Positions 27,801 through 41,197 of a DNA stretch of 64,000 nt are shown piece after piece. A program made the position numbers and the translations under genes. The number at the start of each line of letters is the position of its first letter. Positions within the stretch are counted from its first letter, which is position 1. The stretch comes from the human T2T-CHM13v2.0 reference genome, Homo sapiens: the NCBI RefSeq assembly GCF_009914755.1, contig NC_060930.1. One strand, given 5' to 3'. The notes under the pieces are model-generated. The model ran no database searches and was not told the DNA's origin. It saw only the letters and a list, made by a program, of their open reading frames with translations.

Positions 27801-29274
27801 TGTTTAGCCACAGAGAAAGCTGCCCACCGATTGTGCTCAGAGATGATTTTGTGGGTCTAGGCCTAAACAGTCTGTACCCACATGGGTACATGATGAGGGT
27901 CCCCGGTAAGCCCACTGCTGCCAACTTCCTAACTCACTCTTCGGCCTTAGGCATGACCCGTCTTCTCTCTGGGCCTCAGTTTTCCTAACTGTACAGTGGG
28001 TGAAGAGGACACCTGCAGCCCCACATCCTCGGGCTCACCATCCTGAAGCTGTGGGTTGGGAGCCAGGCAAGAAGAGACCTGAAGGTCTCAACGTACACCC
28101 TCTTTGTTCCAAGGGCATCGGGAGCCTACTTCCATGGGTCCTTCTTGAAAGGGGTGCTGTGGAGCTCGGGGCAGAGGACACTACGACCCATGCAAGTCTC
28201 CTCCTTCCCAATTAGGCAGTGGAGCCTGATTAAAAGGGGTGCTGCCTGCCCCCTCCCACCCGATCCCCATCGACGAGATTTCCCTTCATCAGAATCTCAC
28301 ATTCTCCAGAAATTAATTTGATGCCTCATGTTATCAATTAATTGAATCTCGTTGGGAGAGAGAGAGCTCTGCGAGGTGAGGCGAGCTTCAGCTTGGCCCT
28401 TGTGCGCCGCCATCCCCCCTCCCCCTCACACCAGGGCAGCCTTCTCCTCCCCCATTCCTTTTTTTCTGCCTTTCTTTTAATTGCACTTATTTTCTAAAAT
28501 AAAACCACTGCTCTGTGCCCCTTTGCCCAGTTTGGCTTGGATGGATACCCATGGACTGGGTACTGGCTGGGATTTGCCCTTTCAGAGGTGGGGGCAGGAG
28601 GACTTCCCCTCCCCTGGACCCTGTCTGATCTCTCCTTAAGTAAACAGAATCTCACCCTTTGGGAATTTGGCCGTGATCCTGTGTGCTCCAGGGGCTTCTG
28701 GTGAGAAACTTAGGAGGACTAGGGGAGGGAGGAAGAGCTGGGAACAGACTGCACCCTAGTTGGGGACAGAGGAGGTAGAGAAGGACCAAGCTAGGGACCT
28801 TTTAACCCTCAGGATTTTGTCATTCAGAAGCTGCTGCCCCTGCCAGAACTGATCCATTAAAACACAGGGCAGAGGGCATAGGTGTGTGGTACCTCCAAGC
28901 CTCCCAACAGTCAGGTCAGATATCTGCAGGAACAAGCCCTCAGCATTTTCAAGGACACTTGGAAGCCCTTGCTCTGCCCCCTGCATGGAAGATGGGGGAA
29001 GGAAGTTCTAATAGGACATCCCTATTAGGAAACCTGGGAGGTTGTTGTGGCAGGTAGAGCTAGGTAGTCACCAGGCCCTGACTGAGGAACTGTGCTTTGC
29101 CGTTTCACATACCTCCTTGTTCTTATCCCCACAACAACCCTGAAAGATTCTCCAGGCAGTGGTAATTATCACTCTCATTTGATAGGTGAAGTACCCAGGC
29201 CCAGAGAGGTTACCTGACTTGCCCCGAGTCACAGTTAACTGGAACTTGCCTTTCTGAAATGCTGGCCATAAGGG

Positions 29275-29530
29275 CTGAGGTCACAAGTGGACTAACTTCA
29301 TCCCTGCTGAGTTTTGTTGACCCACACACAGTTCATTACAATGGTAAATTTCACATAAATATCCCCACTTCTGCTCCTTTTGAAAAACCTAAGCCCTGTC
29401 AACACTGAGCCTGCATTTCTGTGTGGAAAGGATGGACTGGGATTGAGTGGCAGCTGCCTCCTCGTGCCCTCCTCACCTGGCCTCCTAAGTGACCAGCCTA
29501 GCCCCTGAAGGCATTTTGGTTAGCAGCTTT
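29275..29530. mobile_element. hAT DNA transposon remnant (MER102-like)
   Basis: gcccctgaaggcatttt terminus-proximal motif. Confidence 0.5.
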
Positions 29531-29610
29531 GACATGGAGATTCACCTGTCCCCAGTATTCCTCAAGGAGAATCTAGTGTGGGACAGTGTCTGAAGGACTC
29601 TGCAGGGTCT

Positions 29611-29987
<377 letters not shown>

Positions 29988-30003
29988 TTAATAACTGATG
30001 GTG

Positions 30004-30289
30004 GGATGGGCGCAGTGGCTCATGCCTGTAATCCCAGCACTTGGGAGGCCAAAGTGGGAGGATCAGTTGAGCTCAGTTTGAGACCAGCCTGGGCAATATG
30101 GTGAAACCCCCTCTCTACAAAAAATACAAAAATTAGGGTGTGGTGGCATGTGACTGTAGTCCCAGCTACTCGGGAGGCTGAGACCAGAGGATCACTTAAG
30201 CCAAGGAGGAAAGGTTGCAGTGAGTGAGCCGAGCTACTGCACTCCAGTCTGAGCGACACAGAGTGAGACCCTGTCTCAAAAAAAAAAAG
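30004..30289 (+). mobile_element. AluJ-like
   Basis: Diverged dimer; TSD aactgatggt. Confidence 0.9.
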
Positions 30290-30679
30290 AACTGATGGTT
30301 GTGGGTGATTCTTTTTGCCTTCTTTCTACCACAGAGGTTAGGTCTTTGTACCATAAGGCCTTGTGTCTCCGGGGGCCTGTTTCAAGATGAAATCAGCGCA
30401 TCCCTGCCAGGGTGAGCCCCTCTATGATAAAGTCATCACTTGCCCCCTACATCTGAGGAAATGAAGGGAGGGGCCAAGGCATGTCGGGGCAGGCTGGGCA
30501 GAACAGCCAGGGGCCCAGAAATGGCCATACTCAGTGGTTTGTCCCAGGCCCTCTAGAGCCCCTCCTGTGCCCAAAGGAAACCCTGGTGCCAAAGGCACCA
30601 CCAGAACCAGGCTCCAGATGGCCATTCAGGCCCTGGGCGAATTGCCCCTACCCCTTAACCAGCAGGCCCCCCACATAAG

Positions 30680-30945
30680 ACGTCACTATTTAATTAGCCG
30701 TCTCTGATTAACCAAACTTGGCATTCGGCTCCTCTTGCCCTCATCTTTCCCAGCTCCGAATCAATGGCTTTGATATGCTAATTAGGGAGTAATTTAATTT
30801 CAAAAGGCCGCAATTAACAAGGGTGTTGTGGACATGCTGTAGTTAAGCGGAGTAATCTAATTTGCATTAGTAACAAGCAGGGACTAATTAGAAGCTTAAT
30901 TAGACACTTAGATGGCTCTTATGTTTACTTTCTTAATGAGATGGA
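30680..30945. promoter_or_regulatory. Candidate conserved developmental enhancer in intron 1
   Basis: Four TAATTA, octamer ATTTGCAT, CTTTGAT and TGTTTAC within 265 bp. Confidence 0.7.
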
Positions 30946-31324
30946 GTGGGATCTTTGGTTCTCTTTCTTTTTTTCCCCCTGTATTGTTAATTCTTTTTTT
31001 TGGTCTGTGTAGTAGGAAGGGGTATTGAGGGAGGCCACCTTGCCAGGGCCTGTGGGAGCGTTTCAGGGATGGAGCCAGTAAAAGGTAAGGTGGAGGGTGG
31101 TGGTAGGGGTAAGGGAAGGCTTGGATTCCAGAGTGACTCGGGGAGTTAGGACGCGGGGAGGAGCACTGGTTTAGGAGTCAGGAGAGCCACCTGGTTTCAG
31201 TTTGGCTCAGTCACTTAGCAGTCAGGTAACCTTGTCAAGTCTTTGGCATCTTTGAAGTGTGGTTCCATCCTCTGTCAAAATGAGCGCAAAATTGCATGGG
31301 GGAGAGAGGAGGGAGGGGCTATAG

Positions 31325-31649
<325 letters not shown>

Positions 31650-31833
31650 AAGCGAATGGTTTTTAACAATAAAATATATTCACAAATTGTGTGCCGAGGC
31701 CTTGCTGCGTCATGGCTCAGCTCAGAAGCCACCTCCTACAGAAAGCCTTCCCAGAGCACCCCTTACTCCCTCCAGGCTCCATGGTCCCCAGTGTCTAACA
31801 TAACATTTGTAAAGCTGTGTGTGTTGTGTAAGA

Positions 31834-32005
31834 CAGAAGTTCTCAATCCTGGCTGCACTGGGAATTTAGAATGCTTGGAAAGCTTTTTAAAATATCCACG
31901 CCTGGGTCCAGTTCCCTGAAGAGTGCGATTTAATTGACTTAGGGTGTGCCATAGGTATGGGTTGGTTGGTTTTTTAAAGCTCCCCAGATGATTCCGATGT
32001 TCAGA
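31834..32005. mobile_element. MER5-type DNA transposon
   Basis: gttctcaatcctggctgcac...tttttaaagctccccagatgattc. Confidence 0.75.
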
Positions 32006-32329
32006 AGGAAAACTTACCTGCCCATTAGTCTTTCTCCTCTCTCCATTTCAAGCCCGGCAAAAGCAAGGATTACGTTTTGCTCACCTCCATTTGCCCCAAC
32101 CCCAGTGCCCACTGTGCTCAGTATCAGCTGCAGGTGAAGGCTCCCTACCCCACTCTGACCTTAGGGAACTCACCCAGATTCGACAGGGCCTGTAGTGTTG
32201 AGTTGCAAATGCCTTATTCAGGCTCTGAGAATCTCCTGGAGAAGGAGCTGAGGAGAATTGAGGGAAATCACTAAAGAGGTTAGGGCCCGAGAGTCTTATG
32301 AGATGTGACTGCTTGCTAAAGAAGAACTG

Positions 32330-32880
32330 GGCAAAATTGGTATGAATTTTATGGGCATCAGTTTGGGAATGAATATATCAAGAACCTTAAAAATATGCAG
32401 TTCCACCTTCTAAACATGTATCCTATGCAACTAGTCAAAAATGTAGAGTATCCTGTTCCCATAGAGTATCCTGTTCCCATTTACTGCAGAGTCATAGTAA
32501 AACATAGCTAACAGCCTAGATGTCCAACTCTAGGGGATTGGCTCAATACATTCTGGAACATGCGGCCCATTCAAGCAACTGTGTGACCATTAGAAACTGT
32601 TGCTTAAAATATTTGACAGCATGTGGAAATGCTTATGATAGTAAGTGGTGAGTGGAAAAAGACGAAAATTGAAACCATGTATAGATTATGACCCAAATTT
32701 CACTTTTTAAATGTTTATATGCCAAAAGAGAGTGAGAATGGATTGACCAGAAAGGCTATATATCCCAAAGGGCTAGATCTCTGTAGGGTAGGATTATGAG
32801 TACTCTATTTTTTTTTCTTTTTTTCAAAATTTTCTACCAGGATGTCTCTTACTTTTAGGATTCAGAAATAAAGTTATTTG
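32330..32880 (+). mobile_element. Old L1 (L1ME-like) fragment
   Basis: AT-rich; tatatcaagaaccttaaaaatatgc...aacagcctagatgtccaac. Confidence 0.6.
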
Positions 32881-34789
32881 GAACTTGGGAGAGGACCTGG
32901 AACAGACAGCACAGGACGGCAGATTCACCTTACAAATCGAAGGCTTTGGTGGAGCCTTTCAGATAGGAATGTCTTTGCCCTGCCACTTGTACTGATCTCC
33001 TCCGAGCACCCAAGTGTTGTGCTAAGAGGCCTTGAATGGTCCCTAGAGTTGGGGTAGGCAGCTTCTAGGATGTCACAGTCATTGAGGGAGACTCCCAGGC
33101 CAGGAACTCAGGCAGAGATGGGGGTACAGAGGGAAGTCCAGCGTGCCAGCCTCTGACCCACACAATGAGGAGTGCCCAAGGAGGGCAGGGGCTTGGAGAG
33201 GGATTAAGCCTACTCTCGAACTCACAGAGCCCCATGTGTTTGGGGAGGGAAACTGCTGGCACGATCAGGGAGCCAAGCAGTGCGTGACTCACATCACCCA
33301 CCTCTGGCTTCAGGACCTATTCTGGAGCTATAGCCACATTTTAACCCATGGGTCTTGACTCACTTTCTTCAAGTGCTGAACCAAGGGCTGGGAGAGGGGG
33401 GTGGGATCAATTTTTAAACCATAGCCCACTCAGGTGGGTTGTAGCAAGACTTTCTGGACTCCTGTAATTATAGTCACTACCCTTCTCTAAACATCTTCCT
33501 CATGCAGTGTGTCTTATTTGATACCACTGCAACCCTGGAAGGAAGGTGTACTGGCATTGGCCCCACATTACAGATAAGGAAACCAGGGCTCAGACTGGTG
33601 ACCTCATTCCTCAATGTCACAAAGGTAGTAAGAGGCCAGGAAGGGTTAGCAGTTCATCTGGCAAATGAGTGGCTGGCTAAGTAAGCCAGAGGCCCAAAGT
33701 GGCCACTGCCCTGAAGCCCTCCCCTTACCTGGAGCCTGAAGCCAGAAGCCAGTGGGCCTCTGGGGCCAGGGCTGAATGGGGGAGGCTGGTCCCTGGGACT
33801 TTGGATTGGGAAGCATCCTGCAGTTACTTGTAGGGCCAGGGCTCGTTGCTCTGAAAAGCCCTCTGTTTTATATCTCTTGACACAAGTAAGATATAGCAGG
33901 ATAGCTAGAAACAAACAAATAGAGAAAGAAGGAACTAGAAGACATCCTTGTGCTCTGGTATCCACATGTGTATCTTTTTATATAATCTAGAAATGTATGT
34001 ATTTCAAAGGTTTTTCATTCTGGAAAAGTCTGAAACCGACGACCCTTCTTTTGTAAAATAAAGGCCTTTGCGTATGTTCTTTGCCCTGCATTCATTGTAT
34101 ACTTTGCCTGGCCAGTACCTACTCAGCCTTCATATCTAAGCATAAATGCCCTTTCCTGGCAAAAGGAGGCTTTCCCTGCCCCTCTCCACTTACCTTAGAT
34201 CCCCATTTATTTCCTGTACTCACACTTGATAGAATGTATCTGACTTGGGCTTCTCCATTTACTTGTGTATTTAGTTAACATTTGTACACTCTTCATGGGA
34301 ACATAAGCTTCACAAGAGCAAGCCTGTGTCCTGCTCTGCTGGAGTCTGCATACACAGAGCCTGGCACACTGTAGGTACTTAAACATTGGTCGCACCAATG
34401 AATGGATGAAGGGTCATTGCTGGTGAAACATGCTCCTGGCCAACCACTGGAGGAGAGAGAAGCATGACTTTGTTCATGGCTAAAGCCCCACTGGTTTTTA
34501 GGAAACTTGTTTTGAGGAAAAACAAGTGCCAGGTTTATCTAGAAAAAAAAGAGAAGGGGCTAGGACCTCCATTATTACCAGTCGCCCTTGCTGAGTCCTT
34601 TACCTGCAGCTCTCAGAGCATCTAAGGACACTGCTGCACTGCCTTGTTCAGTAGCGTCCACATTTCACTTTCCTTCAGGTAGATCCCCAGTGCTTAGCTT
34701 AATGGGGCCCTAAATACATGTTGAATGATTGAATGGCTTTTGCAGATATATCATCTAGTTTTGCCCAGCAGGAAACTCATAACTAAAGT

Positions 34790-34979
34790 TAGTGTTCATC
34801 ATTGGAGCCCCATTGCCTGGGACAACCACCATCAGCATCACCTAGGAACTTCTTAGAAATACAGATTCCCAGGCCCACTCCAGACCTGTTGGGTTAGCAA
34901 CTTCTGTTGGGGCCCAGTAATCTGTGTTTTAACAAACTCTCCAAGGTAACTTTGATGCACTCAGGTCTGCAACCCCCTG
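34790..34979. mobile_element. MER5A
   Basis: catcagcatcacctaggaacttcttagaaatacagattcccaggccc...aatctgtgttttaacaa. Confidence 0.85.
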
Positions 34980-35176
34980 ATTTAACCTTGTGGTCCGTCA
35001 TTCTCATCTTCTACTCCGTGCTATTGTATTTTAAGAAATCTTACCTCTTATTGCAATCTGCTTCCTAATCTTTGTTGGAATTATAAATTATAAAAGAGAT
35101 GGCTACATCTAGTCCAGTTCTCCCCATTATACAGAGAAGAAAAGAGGAGAATCAACTTGCTCCAAGTCACTCTAGT

Positions 35177-35318
35177 AGGCCAGATGCAGCGTCTCAGGCC
35201 AGTAATCCCAGCACTTTGGGAGACTGAGGAGGGAGGATCACTTGAGCCCAGGAGTTGGAAACCAGCCTGGGCAACAAAGTGAGACTCTCCCCCGCACCAC
35301 CACCACTCTGAAAAAAAC
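35177..35318 (+). mobile_element. FLAM (Alu left monomer)
   Basis: Single arm; flanking caagtca duplicated. Confidence 0.85.
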
Positions 35319-35509
35319 AAGTCATTCAGTAGTAAATTGGTGTTAGCGCTGGGGCTAGACACCAACTTACAGGGTCAGGCTGTCAGCTGGGCCACGTCCT
35401 GCTGTCTCCCAGACTATATTATAGGTTTCTGGAGAACTGGAAACGATATCTTATTTAAATTCCAACCGCCACCATTGCTCTGGGTACAGGCTACCTGTGG
35501 TCATTCCCC

Positions 35510-36250
35510 ACCCGTGTCTCCCTTAAGAACTGGGGCCTCATCTCCACTCCAGCTGCGCGTGCACGTGTGCTCCCGGCAGGACGCGCGCCCAGGAGCGCGC
35601 TGGGGGCTGCCCCGCCCCTCTCTCCCTCCCCCGCGGGTAAACTCCGGGCATCCATCAGTCTGTTAATTGCACTAATTAGAGATCGCAGAGGTGTTAATTG
35701 GAAAACCCTGGTATTGTGCCTGTTTGGGGGAAGAAAACGTCAATAAAAATTAATTGATGAGTTGGCAGGGCGGGCGGTGCGGGTTCGCGGCGAGGCGCAG
35801 GGTGTCATGGCAAATGTTACGGCTCAGATTAAGCGATTGTTAATTAAAAAGCGACGGTAATTAATACTCGCTACGCCATATGGGCCCGTGAAAAGGCACA
35901 AAAGGTTTCTCCGCATGTGGGGTTCCCCTTCTCTTTTCTCCTTCCACAAAAGCACCCCAGCCCGTGGGTCCCCCCTTTGGCCCCAAGGTAGGTGGAACTC
36001 GTCACTTCCGGCCAGGGAGGGGATGGGGCGGTCTCCGGCGAGTTCCAAGGGCGTCCCTCGTTGCGCACTCGCCCGCCCAGGTTCTTTGAAGAGCCAGGAG
36101 CCTCCGGGGAAGTGGGAGCCCCCAGCGGCCCGCAGACTGCCTCAGAGCGGAAGAGGCAGCCGCGGCTTTGACCCAGCTTCCTTCCGACGGCATCTGCAGG
36201 AGCCTCTAGGCCTGACATAGGCTCCGAGGTGCCCTGGCTCCCCCACGGGG
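35510..36250. promoter_or_regulatory. Intronic CpG island with an AT-rich homeodomain-motif core (candidate enhancer)
   Basis: CpG-dense, repeat-free stretch with repeated TAATT motifs at 35661-35865. Confidence 0.7.
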
Positions 36251-38787
36251 AATGCTGAGGGTTGGGCCACTAGGTCCTGCCTAAGTGCAGGACCTGAGCC
36301 TCAGACAAATCCTGGACCTGCCAAAATAACTCGGCCTCCGGTGCTATCTCCATTTGCCCCCAACATGTGGTAGGAGAGGCATATGGAAAGTCTGGGGTGG
36401 GGGATAAGAGCCCAGTATTAGCGAACCTTAGACCCCTGGCCAATCCCTACCTTATTGTATGGAGGCAGAAAGAGCACCCCAGTGACTTGCCCAAGGTCAC
36501 ACAGCTGAGCCTAGAAACCAGATGGTCTAATTCTCAGAGCCTCTGCCTTCCTGTTCCGCAGGTGTTCAGCTGCTCCTTGCTGAGGACCTTGGTGGCTGGG
36601 GGAGGAGCATGGATTGGGAAGATAGGGGTGTGTAGAGAAGAAAGGAGGACCTCTTGGAGCTTGCCCCTCATTACCAGAGGAAGCAGCTCAGATCTACACT
36701 GGGTGGAGTCCACTGTGAAAGGGACCCGGCTGTGACTCCAGCAGACCGACCATCAGTGCCTACCAGTATTCACTTAAGTACTGTGGTTTCATGTCCACAT
36801 GCCAGACTGAGAGTGAGAAGAGACCTTCAGGACCACCTATTTGTATAGAGACAGGGAAGTAGAGGCTCAGAGAAAAGGGAAGGCAGAGGATTCACAATGG
36901 TGTGTGGCTGAGCCCAGGCCCCTGCCTGCTCCCCTAGCCAGGGTTCAGGCTCCTGTGGACACTGACTTCTCCTCCATACCCCACACCCTTGTAGTTACAG
37001 GGGACTGATAATCAAGGCCTCCCGCCAGCACCCTTCCCCATCCTGTCTTTAGCTGACTGGGTCCCAGGCACCCAGAGCCTGCTCACCCACAGTGCAGGGA
37101 GCACACCGGTGCTGTCGCGGCGCCCTGTGGAGAGGTGGGCAGGAGACATGAGGCTGCTGGTGTGCTCATCCTTGGCGGGCAGGTATCCCAGGGCAGAGGT
37201 GAGAATTCAGAAAGCACTTCGGAGTGCCTGTCATGCAGGTTTGGGGGGTATGTTGTTAGGTGGGCGGGAGCATGGAAGGAGGTGTATGGGTGTGTGTCAG
37301 TGGGGTAAAGACCCTGGAGGGGGCAGAGCATGCCACATGGGAATTAATGCCATTCACACACCCTGCGGAAATGACTTTTCAAATGCATATAATCTCAAGC
37401 ATGCAAATGAGAGGCTTGCTTCACCCTGTTTAATATGAATGATCGGCCCCTGAATAGCTATTATTATACACCACATTGCAGCAATTATGTTGTTCACTGG
37501 GTGTTACTCTGTATGCCCCCCCCATAAAAAGAAAAGAAAGGAGCACCTCTGTCTGCATCCTCCTCCTTCCTTCTTTCTCTTTTTCCAAACTTACTGTCTG
37601 ATCTGCAACTTTATGATACTCCTTGAGTGTTGGAAGGGGGCCACTCTCCCTAACCCCAGGGAAGTAACTGCCAGATTCTCTTTCCTTTCTCCTTTGCATG
37701 CATACACCCCTGAGGCTCTGGTCTTTGTCCCTTGGGGCCCAGGAGTTCTCAGATCTCAGAGAAGCTAGACTTGGAATCAGAGCAGGCAGCTGCTTTCCAC
37801 CACCAGCAGAGCCAGGGTTGGGGGAGAGGCCCCCCTCCCTCCTGTCTCCCCATCCCCCTCATGTAACTGAGGCCCAGGCCCAAGTGGGGGAAGGTGCTGC
37901 TGGCTGGGTGGTTTCAGGGGAGGGTGATGGAGCCCTGTGCTGTGGCAAGTGGAGGATGGTGCCCAGCCCATCCATCATTTCACCGCCACTAGCCCTCAGG
38001 CTGACATGGCCATTAAGGCCTGAGACCGAGTGCTCAATCTCTTCCGAACCATCACTCCCATCCTGCCCTTACTCCAGCCCAGCTCCTCTCAGAACTTAGG
38101 AGTGGAGCAGTGGCTGGGTTGGGGGAAGAGCAAGCCCTTGGGAACATACAGAGAAATTCACAAATACAGGGCACCCAGGAGGCCACTCAGACTTACTGGG
38201 ACAGTGACACCCAGAGTCACAGATGAAGAGGGGCCACAGGAACAGGGATGTGGCTTCTGTGGACCCCTTGCTGTTCTCTATCTCCTCCCGACTCTGCTTC
38301 CAGCCAGGATGAAAGCTGAGCAAATGGCTTGGTAGAGTGAGGGAGAAGAGTTCTTCTGGAGTGAAAGGAGAGAATTTGGGAGTGGGAGGGAAATGCTTTG
38401 GGGAGCTGCTGCCTTGGGGAAGGAACTAGAGAAATCACAGTCCAGTCTCTTTCCGCAGTTTCTCATTGTTACCTACAAGGCCCTCATCTGTCAGTCGGGT
38501 CAGGGAGACCATGTGGTTATAGGGTGTGCCTAGGCCAAAAGAGATCGAATTGGGAGGAAAGAAACTGGCTGGCTTCCACGGGCCTTGCTAAATGCTCATG
38601 TGGCTTCTATCCCTCGATGATCTCTGTGCAATCTGGGCCAAGTCCTTGACCTCTTTGGGTCTCAATGTCCTCACCCTTACAATTATGGTGGGTGGAGAAG
38701 GCGCTGATCAATATTGGGGGCTTGCTCTGTCAGGTGCCATGTGCATGTTTATTTTCTCCTCAAAAGACTTGGAGGCTGGGATGAAAT

Positions 38788-39010
38788 ATACTTGGCTCTC
38801 TTTATCCGCAGGTTCCACATCCGTGGATTCAATCCACCACAGATGGAAAATACTGTACAGTATTTGCAGTGTGCAGGACCCACAGATAGGGAGGGCCAAC
38901 TTTTGTATCCATAGGTCCTGCAGGACAAACTGGGAGGCTTGAGCATCTGGAAATTATGGTATCCACAGGGATCCTGGAACCAATCCCCCATAGGTGCCAA
39001 GAAACATTGT
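38788..39010 (-). mobile_element. TcMar-Tigger remnant (MER2-like)
   Basis: Reverse complement reads gggggattggttccaggatccctgtggatacc...gatgctcaag. Confidence 0.75.
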
Positions 39011-39197
39011 CCTACCACAGACAAGGAATCTGAGGGTTGGGGAGTTTAAGATGGATCAAAAATCAGTAGTGGATGCCAACCATGGTCTGACCTGTTTGAC
39101 TGAAATCCATGTTCCTCTCAAGGGACTGTGACTCGGGGGTAGTTGGGGAGCCCCCAGAATTTTAGAACAGCTTTTCATACTAAAGATATTGGAACCT

Positions 39198-39483
<286 letters not shown>

Positions 39484-40096
39484 AAAGCTATTGGAACCTC
39501 TATGAGTTATAAGAAGAAGCTTAGGCCTCCACCTCCTCCTTACTGTCCTGACCATCCCAAACACATACCCTCTCTTTCTAGGGGGATGTTTCAGCCACTC
39601 CTTGAGAGGCATTTCTGGGGTCAGGGGATCCAGACCTTGACTCTTTGCCTTGGGTATGTAACCTAACTCTCTGGACCTTCGGTTTTTCCATCTGTAAAAT
39701 TGGCGTGATAACTCTCTCCCACAGTTCTCATGAGGAGAAATCATGGTTCCTATGGAGAGTGAGTTAACCTTACTGAGTGTCTACTTTTGACCAGGTGCTA
39801 GGCTGAGGGCTTTAAAATGGAAGATGGAAGGTGGAACCAGGGCTTCCTTCACTGCACACCTCCATGACGAAGCCCAGTGTCTGGCTCCCAGTAGGTGCTG
39901 GGCAAGTGGCAGCCTTTTTTATGGAAGAATAATTGTTGCTTTGGACCTTCTGTGGCCTGGGGAAGGTCATTTGCCCTGGGATGGGAGCAAACACAAAGTC
40001 CATTTCAGGTGGGGGTAGGAAGGCAATAATATGATAGGTTCCTAGTGAATAACTTTTGTCTTTGCTTTGTTGGTGTAGGTTTAAGACCCAGACGGG

Positions 40097-40413
40097 GGCT
40101 AGGCACTGTGGCTCATGCCTATAATCGCAGCATTTTGGGAGGCTGAGGCAGGCAGATCACCTGAGGTCAGGAGTTCGAGACCAGCCTGGCCGACATGGTG
40201 AAACCCCTTCTCTACTAAAAATACACACACAAAAATTTAGCTGGTCGTGGTGGCAGGCACCTGTAATCCTAGCTACTCAGGAGGCTGAGGTAGAAGAATC
40301 GCTCAAACTCGGGAGGCGGAGGCTGCAGTGAGCTGAGATCGCACCACTGCACTCTAGCCTGGGCAATAGAGCGAGACTGTGTCTCAAAAACAAACAAACA
40401 AACAAACAAAAAA
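40097..40413 (+). mobile_element. AluSx-like with (CAAA)n tail
   Basis: Full dimer about 360 nt upstream of exon 2. Confidence 0.95.
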
Positions 40414-40780
40414 CCTAAAATAGCCCTTCTTCATGTCATTATTATAAACAGTGCAAAACCTCAACTGGGGCAAAAAATCCTCACCCAGAGGGGCAGTGCA
40501 AGGGCTTTGTCTCCTCCCTTCCCCACCCCAGCACGAGGTCTCCTAGAAGTCAAGAAAACATGGTTGGGGGTGTGGAGCCACCCCTCACCTGGGGGGACAT
40601 CGGGAGGAGCCACATTCCATCAGGCATCCCAGGAGCAGCCTCTGGGAAGTTGAGGAGAAGTAGATGCCCAGCTACTCCTGTGGCGATGGTTATGTTTTTG
40701 GGGGTCAGCAGTCACTGCCCTTTCAGCCTTCAGCCTCAGCCTCTCCCCTGTGTCTCTCTTCCTCCTCCAGGTACCGCTAG

Positions 40781-41197
<417 letters not shown>

